A stretch of DNA of 64,000 bases from an uncultured delta proteobacterium (GTDB lineage: Bacteria > Myxococcota_A > Polyangia > Polyangiales > Polyangiaceae): the NCBI GenBank assembly GCA_963806225.1, contig CAWDXG010000004.1, positions 3,456,001-3,520,000 of the forward strand. The letters are read 5' to 3'. Each line of letters starts with the position of its first letter. The stretch's first letter is position 1. The notes under the pieces were generated by a model. It did not search any database and had not been told where the DNA came from. It was given only the letters and a program-made list of their open reading frames with translations. A program made the translations under genes and the position numbers. Below, piece by piece: positions 21,425-33,873 of this stretch.

Positions 21425-21463
21425 CAAAATGCCACGCTTCATGGACAATATCGTGGCATTTTG
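21425..21463. promoter_or_regulatory. 12-bp perfect inverted repeat (caaaatgccacg/cgtggcattttg): operator or terminator-like hairpin
   Basis: Seen directly in the kinase-rdgB intergenic region. Confidence 0.45.
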
Positions 21464-21493
21464 CCACGCACCGTGCGCCCGAGCGGGCCCCAG

Positions 21494-23008
21494 CTAGCGA
21501 CTCTCGAGTGGCAGATGGATGCGGAAGCGTGTCCCGCGCTCGGGCCGGCTCTCGCACGCGATGCGCCCGCCGTGCGCTTCGACGATCTGTCGCGTGATGG
21601 CGAGGCCGAGCCCGGTGCCGTGGCCCTTGGTGGTGAAGAACGGCTCGAAGAGCTTCGCCCGCGTGCCCTCGTCCATACCCGCCCCCTCGTCGTCCACGAC
21701 GATGTCAACGCCGTCGTCGCTCCCTTCGACCGACACCTGGACAATCCCGCCCTCGGCCATCGCCTCGCGCGCGTTGCGGAGCAGGTTGAACAGCGCCTGC
21801 TTCAGCTGCGCTTCGTCGACGCGCACGCTGGGCAGGTCGGGGCTGATGTCGATCCGCGTCTCTACTCCGTGGCGCTCCAGATCGCGGCGCATGAAGTCGG
21901 ATGCCTCGCTCACTACTTCGCCGAGATCCTCTTCCTCGAGACGCGGCGGCTGATGGCGCGCGACAGACAGGTACTGCTCGCTCAGCTGCGTCAGGCGCTC
22001 CACTTCGTTCTTGATGGCCTTGACCAGCTGACGCCCCTCGCTCTCGTCGCTGCCGAGCTCCTCCTCGAGCAGCTCGACGTTGAGACCGATGGACGAGAGG
22101 GGATTGCGGATCTCGTGCGTGACGTGCGCGGCCATCTTGCCGATCGTCGCCAGTCGTTCGGTAGCGAGCAGCTGCTCGTTGGCGCGTGCGATGGCGCTGA
22201 CCATGCTCTCGAACGTCACCGCCAGCTCGCCGAGCTCGTCGTTGGAAGCCACGACGGGCCGCGGAGTCAGGTCACCCTGCGCCACGGCCTTGGCCCGCTC
22301 GGTCACGGCCTGGAGCGGCGCCAGCAGCCGCCGCGCGTACAGCGCCATGCCCACGCCAACCAGCGCTGCGAACGCGCATAATGCGATGAGCAGCTGGATA
22401 GCGCGGCGCTCCCGCGCGCGAGCCGCGTCGAGCAGGGAATCCACGTTGCGCTGAACGCGTGCTTCAAGAGTGCTCAGGCGGCGTTTGCCGTTTGAACCGC
22501 GCTTGACGAGATCATCGCGCATGTGTTCGGCGCGCTTCTGGTCACCCTGGTCGAGGGCGTCGAAGAGCTGGGCAAGGCGTTCGCGGTCTCCCTCGAGGTA
22601 TTTCTCGATGTTGGTCGTCTGGGTCAGAAGCTCGTGACCCGTGGCTCGCACCGACGCATCGTCCGACTTGCTGAACGCCCGGGCGATCGCCGCACGCACT
22701 TCGCCGAACATCTGCGGGCGGAAGCGCTGGGCGAGGTCGAACCAGACGCGCTTGTCCGCGGGATTGCGGATGGTGGTGATGTGATTGAGCTGCGTGTTCC
22801 AGGTGTCCTGGTTCGCCACGAGATCGCGTAGCGCGAGTGCCAGCGGCAGATATCCGGAGCGCATCAAATCCGCTTCGCGCGAGGCGTTGCGCAGCGCGAT
22901 CACGCTCCAGCCGGCCGCAACGGCAAACGCGATGGTCACGATGGCATAGGAGAGCAGCACGCGCGCAGCGACCGTACGCCGCGGTCGGGAAGCTGCTCTG
23001 TCAGCCAT
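21494..23008 (-). CDS. Membrane sensor histidine kinase (HAMP, HisKA, HATPase)
   Basis: Two TM helices, NDELGELA HAMP, THEIRNPL, NLLRNA, DEGAGM, FEPFFTTK and GTGLGL. Confidence 0.95.
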   Translation of the reverse strand: MADRAASRPRRTVAARVLLSYAIVTIAFAVAAGWSVIALRNASREADLMRSGYLPLALALRDLVANQDTWNTQLNHITTIRNPADKRVWFDLAQRFRPQMFGEVRAAIARAFSKSDDASVRATGHELLTQTTNIEKYLEGDRERLAQLFDALDQGDQKRAEHMRDDLVKRGSNGKRRLSTLEARVQRNVDSLLDAARARERRAIQLLIALCAFAALVGVGMALYARRLLAPLQAVTERAKAVAQGDLTPRPVVASNDELGELAVTFESMVSAIARANEQLLATERLATIGKMAAHVTHEIRNPLSSIGLNVELLEEELGSDESEGRQLVKAIKNEVERLTQLSEQYLSVARHQPPRLEEEDLGEVVSEASDFMRRDLERHGVETRIDISPDLPSVRVDEAQLKQALFNLLRNAREAMAEGGIVQVSVEGSDDGVDIVVDDEGAGMDEGTRAKLFEPFFTTKGHGTGLGLAITRQIVEAHGGRIACESRPERGTRFRIHLPLESR

Positions 23009-24081
23009 GAGCTTCGAGACTCTGGCGGATCAAGCTCGCCAGATCGATCGCATCGGCACCGCCCGAGCGCAGGCGCTTCAGGCTCGAAGCACAGGCGGTG
23101 ACGATGCTGCCCCCGCCCTGCTCCTCGTGCTCGGAGACGCGGTCGGCGGCGATCGCCTGCGACACGTCCGGCATGCTGACCGGCAGCAGTCCACCGCCGC
23201 CCGAGCAGGCCGCGGCGCCGCGTCGGCGCGCGAATTCTTCCGGAGCGTGCCCGAGGAGGCGACCGAGCACGGCTCGCGGCTCTTCGTAGCGGCCGAGACC
23301 GCGGCCGAGTTGACAGGGGTCGTGCCAGCGCAGCGTCTTTCCCTCCAGCGAGGGCAGACGCGCCAGGCGTCCGAGGTGACGCACGGCGAGATCGACCAGC
23401 AGGGTCGGCTTCCTGTCCTGGAAGGTCATGGCGCAGCCGGGATCGACCACGAAAAGCTCCTGTGCACCGGCAATGCGAGCTCTCCAGACGACCACGCACG
23501 GCTTCGAATCCCTTGCGATCGCCGGCGGCAAGCAGGGGCAGCCCGCAACAGCCGTCGACCAGCCGCACGTCTCCGGCGAGCCGGGCCACGGCGGTCACGG
23601 CGTCGCGCGCTTCATCCGGCAACGAGCGCACGTACGCACATCCGACGAGCAGCGCCCGGGGAGAGCGCGCATCCACTCCGGGCAGCCCGCGCAGCGCGTC
23701 GAGCCCTGCCTGGAGCTCCGCATCGCGCTCGCGCTGCCGCTCCGCCGAGCGCACCACGGCCCCGGGCGCGACGCCGGCGGCGAAGAAGTCGCCGCGCGCG
23801 TCGGCGAGCGTGTCGGCGACGGGATTCTTGTGATCGCAGTTCTCGCGGCAGTTGTGGCAACCCGTGCAAGCCCAGGCGACGGCAGCGTGCGCCGCATCGG
23901 CGGGCACGTCGCCTCGCGCAGCGAACCAGGAAAGGCTCATCTTTCCCCACGGCGTGAGCGTGTCGCGCGGTTCGGCGTTCGAGACGGGGCACGCCGCGCG
24001 GCACAGCTTCGGGCAGTAGCCGCAGGTCTCGAGCTCCTTTTCGCGCCCGTCGAGCAGAGACAGATGCCGGGACTCGCTCAT
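23001..24081 (-). CDS. (Fe-S)-binding protein with CCG domains (GlpC/HdrD-like; frameshift near 23480)
   Basis: CGYCPKLCRAACP, CTGCHNCRENC, CCGLP, WHDPCQLGR, CSGGGG and VTACASS. Confidence 0.85.
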
Positions 24082-25967
24082 TGTGACTTCTGCGCCGGCC
24101 CTTTCGTCGCGCTCTTGCGCCCGGCCGACGGCGCGCGTGCTGGAGCATGCTGGGCGCGCTCGGGGCCGGGGCGCCGCCGTTCCGGCTGGGGTAGCCTCAG
24201 CTCGAAAGCCGCGCCGGAGTTGGAAGAGCTGACCTCGATGCGGCCATCGTGCTCCTCGGCGATCTTCTTGACGATGGCGAGACCGAGCCCCGTACCCCCT
24301 TCCTTGCCGGCGGTCACGAACGACTGGAACAGCCTCCCCTCGATTTCCACGGGAATGCCGGGGCCCGTGTCCGCCACGCGGATCACGAGCTCGCTGTCCT
24401 GCATGCCCGCGCTGATCGTCAGCTTGCCGCCAGCGCCTGACATGGCCTCGATGGCATTGCGGGCTAGATTGTGGATCGCACGCGCCATGCGCCCCTCGTC
24501 GAAACGCGCGACGACCTTGGTGTCCACTTCCATCTCGAGCTCGATGGCGCGGCCTTCCAGCTCGTGACCGAGGTGGCGCACAATGTCGGCGAAGAACTTC
24601 TTCAGGTACACCTTGCGGATGAAGACGTTGCGCTCGCCGCGGGCGAACTCCAGCACTTCGCGCTGCATCGCGGTCAAGAGATCGAACTGCTTGAGGATTT
24701 CCTCCGTGTACTCCGACCGTTGCGACGCATTGTCGGCATCCTGCATCAGCTGCACGTAGCCGCTGATCACGGTCATCGGCGTCTTGAAGTCGTGAATCAC
24801 CTGCGACAATAGCCTTCCAATCGTGGTGAGGCGCTCGCCGCGTTCGCGCGCCTGGCTGGCGCGGAACAGCCGCACGGCCGTCGACACGTTGGCGCTGACG
24901 AGTCTCAGAAGCGAGACGTCCTCGTCGGTAAACGGACGGCCTCCGCGCTTGGAAAAGAGTCCGATGGCTCCGAGCGCGTCGTCCTCGCCTTCGAGCGGCA
25001 GCGCCAGCACGGAGTCCACGGGGAACGTGTAGTCCCCCTCGACGCGCTGGTGCCAGCGCGGATCCTGCGTGGCCCCCTGCACCTGCAACGGGCCCTGCTG
25101 CTCCATCGCGATCGCCAGGAACCCCTCGCCGGACTTGACGCCCTTGCGCAAGAGCTCGCCGGAGTCGCCGGTGTCGAGGATGTACTGGACGAGATCGCGG
25201 GTCTCCTCCTCCGCCAGGAGCAATCCGGCGCCCCGCGCCTCGCAGGCGCCCGCCACCTGCCCCAGCACGGCCTTGGCCAGGGTCTCCAGGGAGCCGGCGC
25301 GGGCGGTCGCGCGTTCCAGGTCGAACAGGAGCTCGAGATCGCGCAGCCGCCGTTCGAGCTGCTCCTTGGTCTCGAGCAGCTGCTTGTTCTTCTGGGTCAG
25401 CGACAGGAAGAGCCGGGAGTTGTCGATGGCCACAGCGGCCTGCGTGCTGAGTGCGAGCAGGGTCGCCTCGTCCTCGGCGCTGAACTCCTCGCCCTCGAGC
25501 TTGTTCAGCACCTGGACCACGCCGATGGTTCGACCCAGGTGGTTCTTCAGCGGCGCAACCAGCATGTTCCGCGTGCGATAACCGGTCAGGACGTCCCACT
25601 CGGGCTCGAAGCGCTGGTCGGTGTAGGCGTCCTTGACCCGGATCGGCTTGCCGGTCTGGGCCACACTGCCGGCGATGCCGTGGCCCACCTTCAGCCGGAT
25701 GGAGCGCACCTGCTGCCCCACCACGATGCGGCTCAGGAGCTCGCCGTGCTCCTCGTCCAGCAGGTACAGCGTGGCGCGGTCCGCCTCGAGCAGCTCGGTG
25801 ACCTTGCCCAGGATGAGCTCCAGCAGATCGTCGAGGTCGAGCGTGGTACCGAGCGCGTTGCCGACCTCCCGCAGCGCCCGCGAGATGCGCTCCTCGCGGG
25901 CCAGAGCCACTTCCAGCTCCCGCACGCGGCGCTCCAATTGCGCGGACCTGGATTCGGCTGCGGCCAC
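24078..25967 (-). CDS. Cytoplasmic GAF-GAF sensor histidine kinase
   Basis: GAF motifs (GIAGSVAQTG...DQRF...LNKLEGEEFSAEDE; FTDED), IHDFKTPM, NLARNA, DTGPGI and GTGLGL. Confidence 0.92.
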   Translation of the reverse strand: MAAAESRSAQLERRVRELEVALAREERISRALREVGNALGTTLDLDDLLELILGKVTELLEADRATLYLLDEEHGELLSRIVVGQQVRSIRLKVGHGIAGSVAQTGKPIRVKDAYTDQRFEPEWDVLTGYRTRNMLVAPLKNHLGRTIGVVQVLNKLEGEEFSAEDEATLLALSTQAAVAIDNSRLFLSLTQKNKQLLETKEQLERRLRDLELLFDLERATARAGSLETLAKAVLGQVAGACEARGAGLLLAEEETRDLVQYILDTGDSGELLRKGVKSGEGFLAIAMEQQGPLQVQGATQDPRWHQRVEGDYTFPVDSVLALPLEGEDDALGAIGLFSKRGGRPFTDEDVSLLRLVSANVSTAVRLFRASQARERGERLTTIGRLLSQVIHDFKTPMTVISGYVQLMQDADNASQRSEYTEEILKQFDLLTAMQREVLEFARGERNVFIRKVYLKKFFADIVRHLGHELEGRAIELEMEVDTKVVARFDEGRMARAIHNLARNAIEAMSGAGGKLTISAGMQDSELVIRVADTGPGIPVEIEGRLFQSFVTAGKEGGTGLGLAIVKKIAEEHDGRIEVSSSNSGAAFELRLPQPERRRPGPERAQHAPARAPSAGRKSATKGPAQKSQ

Positions 25968-26051
25968 GCGTCGATCGAAACACGGACGGGCCCCCGGATC
26001 CACCGGCCGCCGGTTGCCGAGCGGGCCAGGGTTCGGTAACAAGACCGCAGA

Positions 26052-26330
26052 ATGGCTCTCAAGCAGCTCCAGCTCGTGGTGCGTGGTCGCGTCCAGGGTG
26101 TGTACTTCCGCGCCGCGACGCAGCGTGAAGCCCGTCGGCTCGGGGTCAGCGGCTGGGTGAAGAACCGCAGCGACGGCTCCGTGGAGATCCTTGCCGAAGG
26201 CGAGGAAGTCGCCATCCGCGAGCTGTACGGCTGGGCCCAGAAGGGCCCGAGCGCGGCGCGCGTGGACCGCGTGGACACGCGCTGGAGGAGCTTCACGGGC
26301 GAGTTCGCCGAGTTCCGCATCGTCGACTAG
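26052..26330 (+). CDS. acyP: Acylphosphatase
   Basis: GRVQGVYFR and GWVKNRSDGSVE. Confidence 0.95.
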   Translation: MALKQLQLVVRGRVQGVYFRAATQREARRLGVSGWVKNRSDGSVEILAEGEEVAIRELYGWAQKGPSAARVDRVDTRWRSFTGEFAEFRIVD

Positions 26331-26436
26331 CCCGCCGTCCGGGAGTGGTACACACGCACTTCCGGCCGATTGGCCGACACTGGTCGCCGGGGACCGGGGA
26401 AGTGGAGCCAGCACTGCCGTGCTAAGGCGTCGCGTG

Positions 26437-28131
26437 ATGAGGCCGGCCTGGCTCGTGTCGTTGGTGATCCTGGCGCTGCTGTCCGGAGTGACGCGCGCCC
26501 GGGCCGACGCCCCGCCAGCGGGCTCCACGGCCGCCGAGGCCGGCGTGCCGAGCCAGCCGTCCGCCCTGCCGCCTCTGCCCAAGGTGCCCGGCGTCGAGCT
26601 GCCGAAGCCAGAAAAGCAGGAGCTCGCCGACCTCGATGCGCTGCTGTCGAGGCTGCAGGCCAAGGACAGCATGGTGCGCGACCAGGCGGTCAAGGAGATC
26701 CTGGAGGTCCGGCCGCGGCTCGTGCCGGCCATCGCGGAGCGCCTCGATTCCATCGCGGACAAGGCAGACCGCGACGAGATGAAGCACCTCCTGCACGGCA
26801 TCCGGCGCACGGCGCGCAAGGAGCTGCGAGAAAAGATGCGCGCGGCCGGCGAGAAGGGCCGGATCAAGACGCCGGACTATCTGGAGATGGTCGCCGAGCA
26901 CGCCAAGTCGGACTCGCCGACCTGGCGGAACCTGGTTTCGGTGCTCGGCATGAGCCGCATGCTGGTGCACATCGCCAGCGTGGACGCGGTGCGCGTCCTG
27001 ATCGACGTGTACGTCCGCTTCGGCGAGTTCATGCGCGTCGACACGCAGCTGCAGCTGGAAAAGCTGGGCGACAAGGCGGTCGCGGCGCTGATCGAGGCGC
27101 GCCGGCACCCGGCGAAGAAGATCGCGCACTGGGCCGACCGCGAGCTCGACATGATGGGCAAGGCGATCCCGAGCGAAGCGATCCGCACGGACGACTACGA
27201 AGTGCTGGCCGACGTGCTGCGTGCGTACGGCCGCGTGCGCGATCCCGACGCGGCGCGCATGGTGATCTCGTTCGCCAACTCCGAGCGCGCGCAGGTGCGC
27301 ATAGCCGCGCGGCAGGCGGTCGCGATGATGGGGGAGGTCGCCAACTGGCAACTGCGGGACACCTACGAGACCATCGTCGGCGACAAGCCGCCGCGTGACT
27401 GGGGCTGGAAGCGCACTGCGCGCGAGCTCTTCGGACGCTTCGACCGGCAGCGGCTGGCCCGGGTGTACCACCTGTACGACGAGGGCATGGCGGCCTACCG
27501 CGCCGGGCACCTCGACGCGATGCGCGCGAGCTTCAACAAGGTGCTCGCACAGAGCCCCATGTTCGAGCACCGCAGCGACATGCTGCAGGGGTATCTGGCG
27601 TTCGCGAAGAAGTACGCGGACAAGCACCCGGCAGAAGCGCTCGACGCCGCGCGCCGCGCCGAGCGACTGGCACCGGATGATGCCGCCGCAAAACCAATCA
27701 AGAGCCTGCGCCTGGCGCTCGAAGGGGAACGCCTGCTCGGTCGGGGAGTCGCCGACCAGACGCTGTTCCGCCGCGCGCTGGAGCTGGACTCATCCAACGC
27801 CCGCGCGCGGGACGGGCTTGCCCGCATCCAGCACGGCGAGCTCGACAAGCACGGCAAGGACAGGCGCTATTCGGCCGCCGGCGCCATCGGGCTTGCTGCG
27901 CTGGTTGCCATTGCGTTCATTGGCCTCTGGCGACCGCGACGCCAAGCGAAAGCCTCCACGCCGGGCGACGACCCCGAAAGCGGCGAGGGCGATCCGGAAC
28001 CCGTACGCGACGACGCAACGCCGGACGAGCCCGAGCCCGAGCAGGAAGAGCGCAACGAGGCGGACCCGGACGAGCCCGAGCAGGGAGAACGCGACGAAGC
28101 GGACCCGGACGAGCCCGAGCAGTCCGCCTGA
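26437..28131 (+). CDS. Exported HEAT/TPR-repeat protein with C-terminal TM helix and acidic repeat tail
   Basis: Signal peptide (ARA), helical repeats, ALELDSSNARA TPR, TM AIGLAALVAIAFIGLW, tail of DPDEPEQ repeats. Confidence 0.7.
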   Translation: MRPAWLVSLVILALLSGVTRARADAPPAGSTAAEAGVPSQPSALPPLPKVPGVELPKPEKQELADLDALLSRLQAKDSMVRDQAVKEILEVRPRLVPAIAERLDSIADKADRDEMKHLLHGIRRTARKELREKMRAAGEKGRIKTPDYLEMVAEHAKSDSPTWRNLVSVLGMSRMLVHIASVDAVRVLIDVYVRFGEFMRVDTQLQLEKLGDKAVAALIEARRHPAKKIAHWADRELDMMGKAIPSEAIRTDDYEVLADVLRAYGRVRDPDAARMVISFANSERAQVRIAARQAVAMMGEVANWQLRDTYETIVGDKPPRDWGWKRTARELFGRFDRQRLARVYHLYDEGMAAYRAGHLDAMRASFNKVLAQSPMFEHRSDMLQGYLAFAKKYADKHPAEALDAARRAERLAPDDAAAKPIKSLRLALEGERLLGRGVADQTLFRRALELDSSNARARDGLARIQHGELDKHGKDRRYSAAGAIGLAALVAIAFIGLWRPRRQAKASTPGDDPESGEGDPEPVRDDATPDEPEPEQEERNEADPDEPEQGERDEADPDEPEQSA

Positions 28132-28140
28132 CGCTCCCCG

Positions 28141-28863
28141 CTACTCCTTCTTCGCGGGCTTCTTCTCGGCCTTGGCTTCGGCCTTCTCGGGCTTGGCTTC
28201 AGCCTTCTCGGCCTTGGCTTCGGCCTTCGCGGGCTTCTTCTCGGCCTTGGCTTCGGCCTTCGCGGGCTTCTTCTCGGCCTTGGCTTCAGCCTTCTCGGCC
28301 TTCTTCTCGGCCTTGGCTTCAGCCTTCTCGGCCTTGGCTTCAGCCTTCTCGGCCTTGGCTTCAGCCTTCTCGGCCTTGGCTTCAGCCTTCTCGGCCTTCT
28401 TTCCGCCCTTGGGCTGAGGGCCCTCGACCAGCTCGATGATCGACAACGGTGCGTTGTCGCCACGACGGCGGCCGAGCTTGATGATGCGCGTGTAGCCGCC
28501 CGGCCGGTCCTGGTAGCGCTTGGCCAGATCGACGAAGACCTTCTCGATGAGGTCGACCTTGCGACTCTCCTGGCCGTCCTGCACCACGGCGAAGCGGCGC
28601 AGGAAGCGCGCCATCTGCCGCTGCGCTGCCTGCCGCCTCGCACGGTCGGCCACGCTCAGCTTGTCGTGCGGCGTGTAGGCGACTGCGCCAAGCCTGACGG
28701 CTCGCGTGATCATCCGCTCGGCCACACGCCTGAGCTCCTTGGCCTTGGCGTCGGTCGTTTCAATGCGCTCGTGAGCGACGAGATTCGCCGTCAACGCGCG
28801 CAGCATCGCCCTGCGGTGGCTGGTGTTGCGGCCGAACTGGCGGCCTGCTTTGCGATGTCGCAT
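28141..28863 (-). CDS. rplQ: 50S ribosomal protein L17 with K/A/E-rich C-terminal extension
   Basis: [17 protein letters not shown] and [10 protein letters not shown]...RRGDNAP. Confidence 0.97.
   Translation of the reverse strand: MRHRKAGRQFGRNTSHRRAMLRALTANLVAHERIETTDAKAKELRRVAERMITRAVRLGAVAYTPHDKLSVADRARRQAAQRQMARFLRRFAVVQDGQESRKVDLIEKVFVDLAKRYQDRPGGYTRIIKLGRRRGDNAPLSIIELVEGPQPKGGKKAEKAEAKAEKAEAKAEKAEAKAEKAEAKAEKKAEKAEAKAEKKPAKAEAKAEKKPAKAEAKAEKAEAKPEKAEAKAEKKPAKKE
28148..28402. repeat. Tandem 21/33-bp repeats encoding KAEAKAE(KKPA)
   Basis: Visible units gccttggcttcagccttctcg. Confidence 0.9.
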
Positions 28864-28888
28864 CGTCGTGCTCCTCGACAGGCTCCGG

Positions 28889-29915
<1,027 letters not shown>

Positions 29916-30047
29916 GTGCTTGTCTCCTTTTCGCCGGGGGTTCGCGCGGCCGTCCCGAGCGTGTTGGGGAACCCGCTCCCCGTTCACGCCCCGCGGCCTG
30001 CCCGCGTTGTCTTCTGGCGAGACCCGGAAAGCCCGGGCCTGGAAATG

Positions 30048-30678
30048 CTACCTGGAGTAGTACTCGACGACGTACTGCTCGCGAACCATCGGCTCGTTGA
30101 GCTCGTCGCGAACCGGCATCGACTTGAAGACGCCCGAGAAGTTTTCCTTGTCGACCTCGAGCCAGCTGGGCCGCGGCCGGTTGTCGGCCGACGCCATGGC
30201 GGCCTGGACGAAAGCCGATCTTGCGGCTCTTCTCGCGGACCTCGATCTTGTCCTCGGGCAGCACGCGATAGCTCGGGATGTTGACGCGCTTGCCGTTGAC
30301 CAGCACATGGTTGTGCCGCACCAGCTGCCGGCCCTGGGCGCGCGTGGCGGCGAAGCCCATGCGGTGCACGATGTTGTCGAGACGACGCTCGAGCAGACCG
30401 AGCATCTCCTCGCCGGTACGGCCCTTCAGGCCGGAAGCCTGACCGTAGTAGCTGCGGAACTGGCGCTCGAGCAGACCGTAGATGCGGCGCATCTTCTGCT
30501 TCTCGCGCAGGCGCAGGCCGTACTCGCTCATCTTGATGCGACCCTGGCCGTGCTGTCCGGGCGGGTACGGGCGGCGCGTGACCGCGCACTTCTCGCTGAA
30601 GCAGCGATCACCCTTCAGGTAGAGCTTGATGCCTTCGCGGCGGCAGAGCTTGCAAACGGGACCAATATAGCGTGCCAT
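30048..30678 (-). CDS. rpsD: 30S ribosomal protein S4 (frameshift near 30215)
   Basis: [23 protein letters not shown] and VVEYYSR. Confidence 0.97.
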
Positions 30679-30688
30679 CTTTTCTCTC

Positions 30689-31081
30689 TCAGACGCGGCG
30701 GCGCTTGGGCGGGCGGCAACCGTTGTGAGGAATCGGGGTCACGTCGCGGATCAGCGTGACCTTGAAGCCGGTCTGCTGCAGTGCACGAAGCGCGCTCTCG
30801 CGGCCCGCGCCGGGACCCTTCACGAACACCGCCACCGAGCGCATGCCGTGCTCCATCGCGCGGCGCGCTGCTTCTTCGGCCGCGAGCTGGGCGGCGAAGG
30901 GCGTGCTCTTGCGCGAACCCTTGAAGCCGCGTGCGCCGGCGCTCGCCCACGAGACGGTGTTGCCGTTCACGTCGGTGATCGTGACGATGGTGTTGTTGAA
31001 GGTGGACTTGATGTGGGCGATGCCGGCGCCGATGTTCTTGCGGACGACCTTCTTGGTGCTGCGCTTCTTCGTGGCTGCCAT
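30689..31081 (-). CDS. rpsK: 30S ribosomal protein S11
   Basis: [14 protein letters not shown] and [13 protein letters not shown]. Confidence 0.98.
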   Translation of the reverse strand: MAATKKRSTKKVVRKNIGAGIAHIKSTFNNTIVTITDVNGNTVSWASAGARGFKGSRKSTPFAAQLAAEEAARRAMEHGMRSVAVFVKGPGAGRESALRALQQTGFKVTLIRDVTPIPHNGCRPPKRRRV

Positions 31082-31117
31082 GATGCGATACTCGAGTGCT
31101 CGGGGTTGTCCGTTCGA

Positions 31118-31486
31118 CTACTTGCGGCGGGCCATCACGCCCTTGCGCGGGCCCTTGCGGGTGCGCGCGTTGGTGTGCGTGCGCTGACCGTTGACCGGCA
31201 GGCCCTTGCGGTGACGGAGGCCGCGGTAGCAGCCGAGGTCCATCAGGCGCTTGATGTTCTGCTGCACCTCGCGGCGCAGGTCGCCTTCGACCTTCACGCT
31301 CGCGTCGATGGTGTCGCGGATCGCCTTCACGTCGGCGTCGCTCAGCTCGTCGACCTTGCGGTCCTCGGGGATGTTGGCCTTCTTGCAGATCATCATGGCC
31401 GTCGCGTCACCGATACCGAAGATGTACGGCAGGGCGAAACGGATGGCCTTGCGGCGGGGCAGGTCGACTCCAGCGATGCGTGCCAT
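31118..31486 (-). CDS. rpsM: 30S ribosomal protein S13
   Basis: [10 protein letters not shown] and [18 protein letters not shown]. Confidence 0.98.
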   Translation of the reverse strand: MARIAGVDLPRRKAIRFALPYIFGIGDATAMMICKKANIPEDRKVDELSDADVKAIRDTIDASVKVEGDLRREVQQNIKRLMDLGCYRGLRHRKGLPVNGQRTHTNARTRKGPRKGVMARRK

Positions 31487-31502
31487 TTGCTAGTCCTCTT
31501 CC

Positions 31503-31616
31503 TCAGCCCTGGCGCTGCTTGTGGCGCGGGTTCTCGCAGATCACGCGCACGATGCCGCGGCGCTTGATGACCTTGCACTTGTCGCAGATTTTCTTGACGC
31601 TGGGACGGACCTTCAT
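31503..31616 (-). CDS. rpmJ: 50S ribosomal protein L36
   Basis: Manual translation [37 protein letters not shown]. Confidence 0.97.
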   Translation of the reverse strand: MKVRPSVKKICDKCKVIKRRGIVRVICENPRHKQRQG

Positions 31617-31629
31617 GACTGCTGCCTTC

Positions 31630-31845
31630 TCTGTGTCTCTGAGAGCTTGCTTCGTTGAATCTGGCCCCGACCGGGGTCGTGCGGGGAAAGCTCTGACGTT
31701 CTACCTGGCACCCCGAGATGAGCCGGACGATTGCGTGGCGAAGTGCTGGGGCGAGGCTGGCGCGGACGGTTCGGCCGTCGTCGAGACGCACCCGGTACAT
31801 GGCCTTGGGCAACACCTCTTCAATCACGCCTGCTCTGTCCGTCAC
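31630..31845 (-). CDS. infA: Translation initiation factor IF-1-like protein, divergent and frameshifted (3' end uncertain)
   Basis: [19 protein letters not shown]...IVRLISG, then [11 protein letters not shown] in another frame; syntenic position before rpmJ. Confidence 0.75.
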
Positions 31846-31873
31846 ATCCGCCCTTGGCCTCCTCGTGTTGTGT

Positions 31874-32524
<651 letters not shown>

Positions 32525-33859
32525 TCATGCCGGCCGCCGACCGCTCAGACCGCGTGGCACGCGGGCCGGTCAGGCCCTCGTAGCTGCGCGTGATGAGGTG
32601 CGCCTCGATCTGGGTAACCGTCTCGAGCGCGACGCCTACGATGATCATCAGGCTGGTGCCGCCGAACCGGAACGGCACGCGCAGGGCCGCCGTGATGAGC
32701 GTGGGGACGACGCAGATGGCGGCCACGTAGAGCGAACCACCCACGGTGATCCGCGTCAGTACGCGGTCGATGTACTCGGCCGTCTGCCTGCCCGGACGGA
32801 TGCCAGGAATGTTCGCCTGCTGCTTCTTCAGGTTGTCCGCGACCTCCACGGGCTGGAAGGTCACCGCCGTGTAGAAGAAGCAGAAGAAGATGATGAGCAG
32901 CGCGTACAGCGTGTGGAAGACCCAGTCGCCCCGGTTCAGGATCGAGCTGAAGGTCTGCATGCCCGGCACGTTGAAGTTGGCGAGCGTGGCCGGGAACATG
33001 AGGAGGCTCGAGGCGAAGATCGGCGGGATCATGCTCGCCATGTTCACCTTGAGCGGCAGATGCGCGGTCTGCCCACCGTAGATACGCCGCCCGACTTGCC
33101 GCCGGGCGTACTGGATCGGGATCTCGCGCTGCGCCTGCTCGAAGAAGACGACGATGGCGACGCTCACCGCGAGCACGAGCACCACCATCGTGATCGTGAG
33201 CGGCTTCACCTGGCCGGCATTCTGACTGGAAGTAGTTGACGATGCCAGTCGGGATCCTGCTGACGATGCTGGCGAAGATGATCAGCGAGATGCCGTTGCC
33301 GACGCCGTGCTCGGTGGCCTGCTCGCCCAACCACATGATGAGCGCGGTGCCCGTGGTGAGCGTGACCATCGTCATCAGGCGGAATCCCCAACCGGGATGC
33401 GCCACGACGTCGCCGAAGCGCCCGCCACCCATGTCCGAGTTGTTGAGCCCCTCGAGGTACATCGCGACGCCGAACGACTGGAAGGCGCTCAGGACGATCG
33501 TGCCGTAGCGCGTCCACTGCTCGAGCTTGCGGCGCCCGGCTTCGCCTTCCTTGCGCATCTCCTCGACCTGCTTCGACACCATCCCGAGTAGCTGCAGGAT
33601 GATGCTGGCCGAGATGTACGGCATGATGCCGAGCGCGAAGATCGACAGGTTCGCGAGCGCGCCGCCCGAGAAGAGATTGAACAGGCCGAGCAGGCCCTTG
33701 CTGGCCTGCCACGATGTGGCGCATGACAGTGCGGTCCACACCCGGCGTGGTGATGAACACGCCGACCCGGTAGATCGCGAGGATGCCGAGAGTGAACGCG
33801 ATGCGCCGGCGCAGCTCCGGCACCTTGGCAATGTTCGAGAACCCGCCTGATACGGCCAT
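32525..33859 (-). CDS. secY: Preprotein translocase SecY (frameshifts near 33705 and 33215)
   Basis: [33 protein letters not shown] and [12 protein letters not shown]. Confidence 0.97.
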
Positions 33860-33873
33860 GACCGGCCCTTCGC

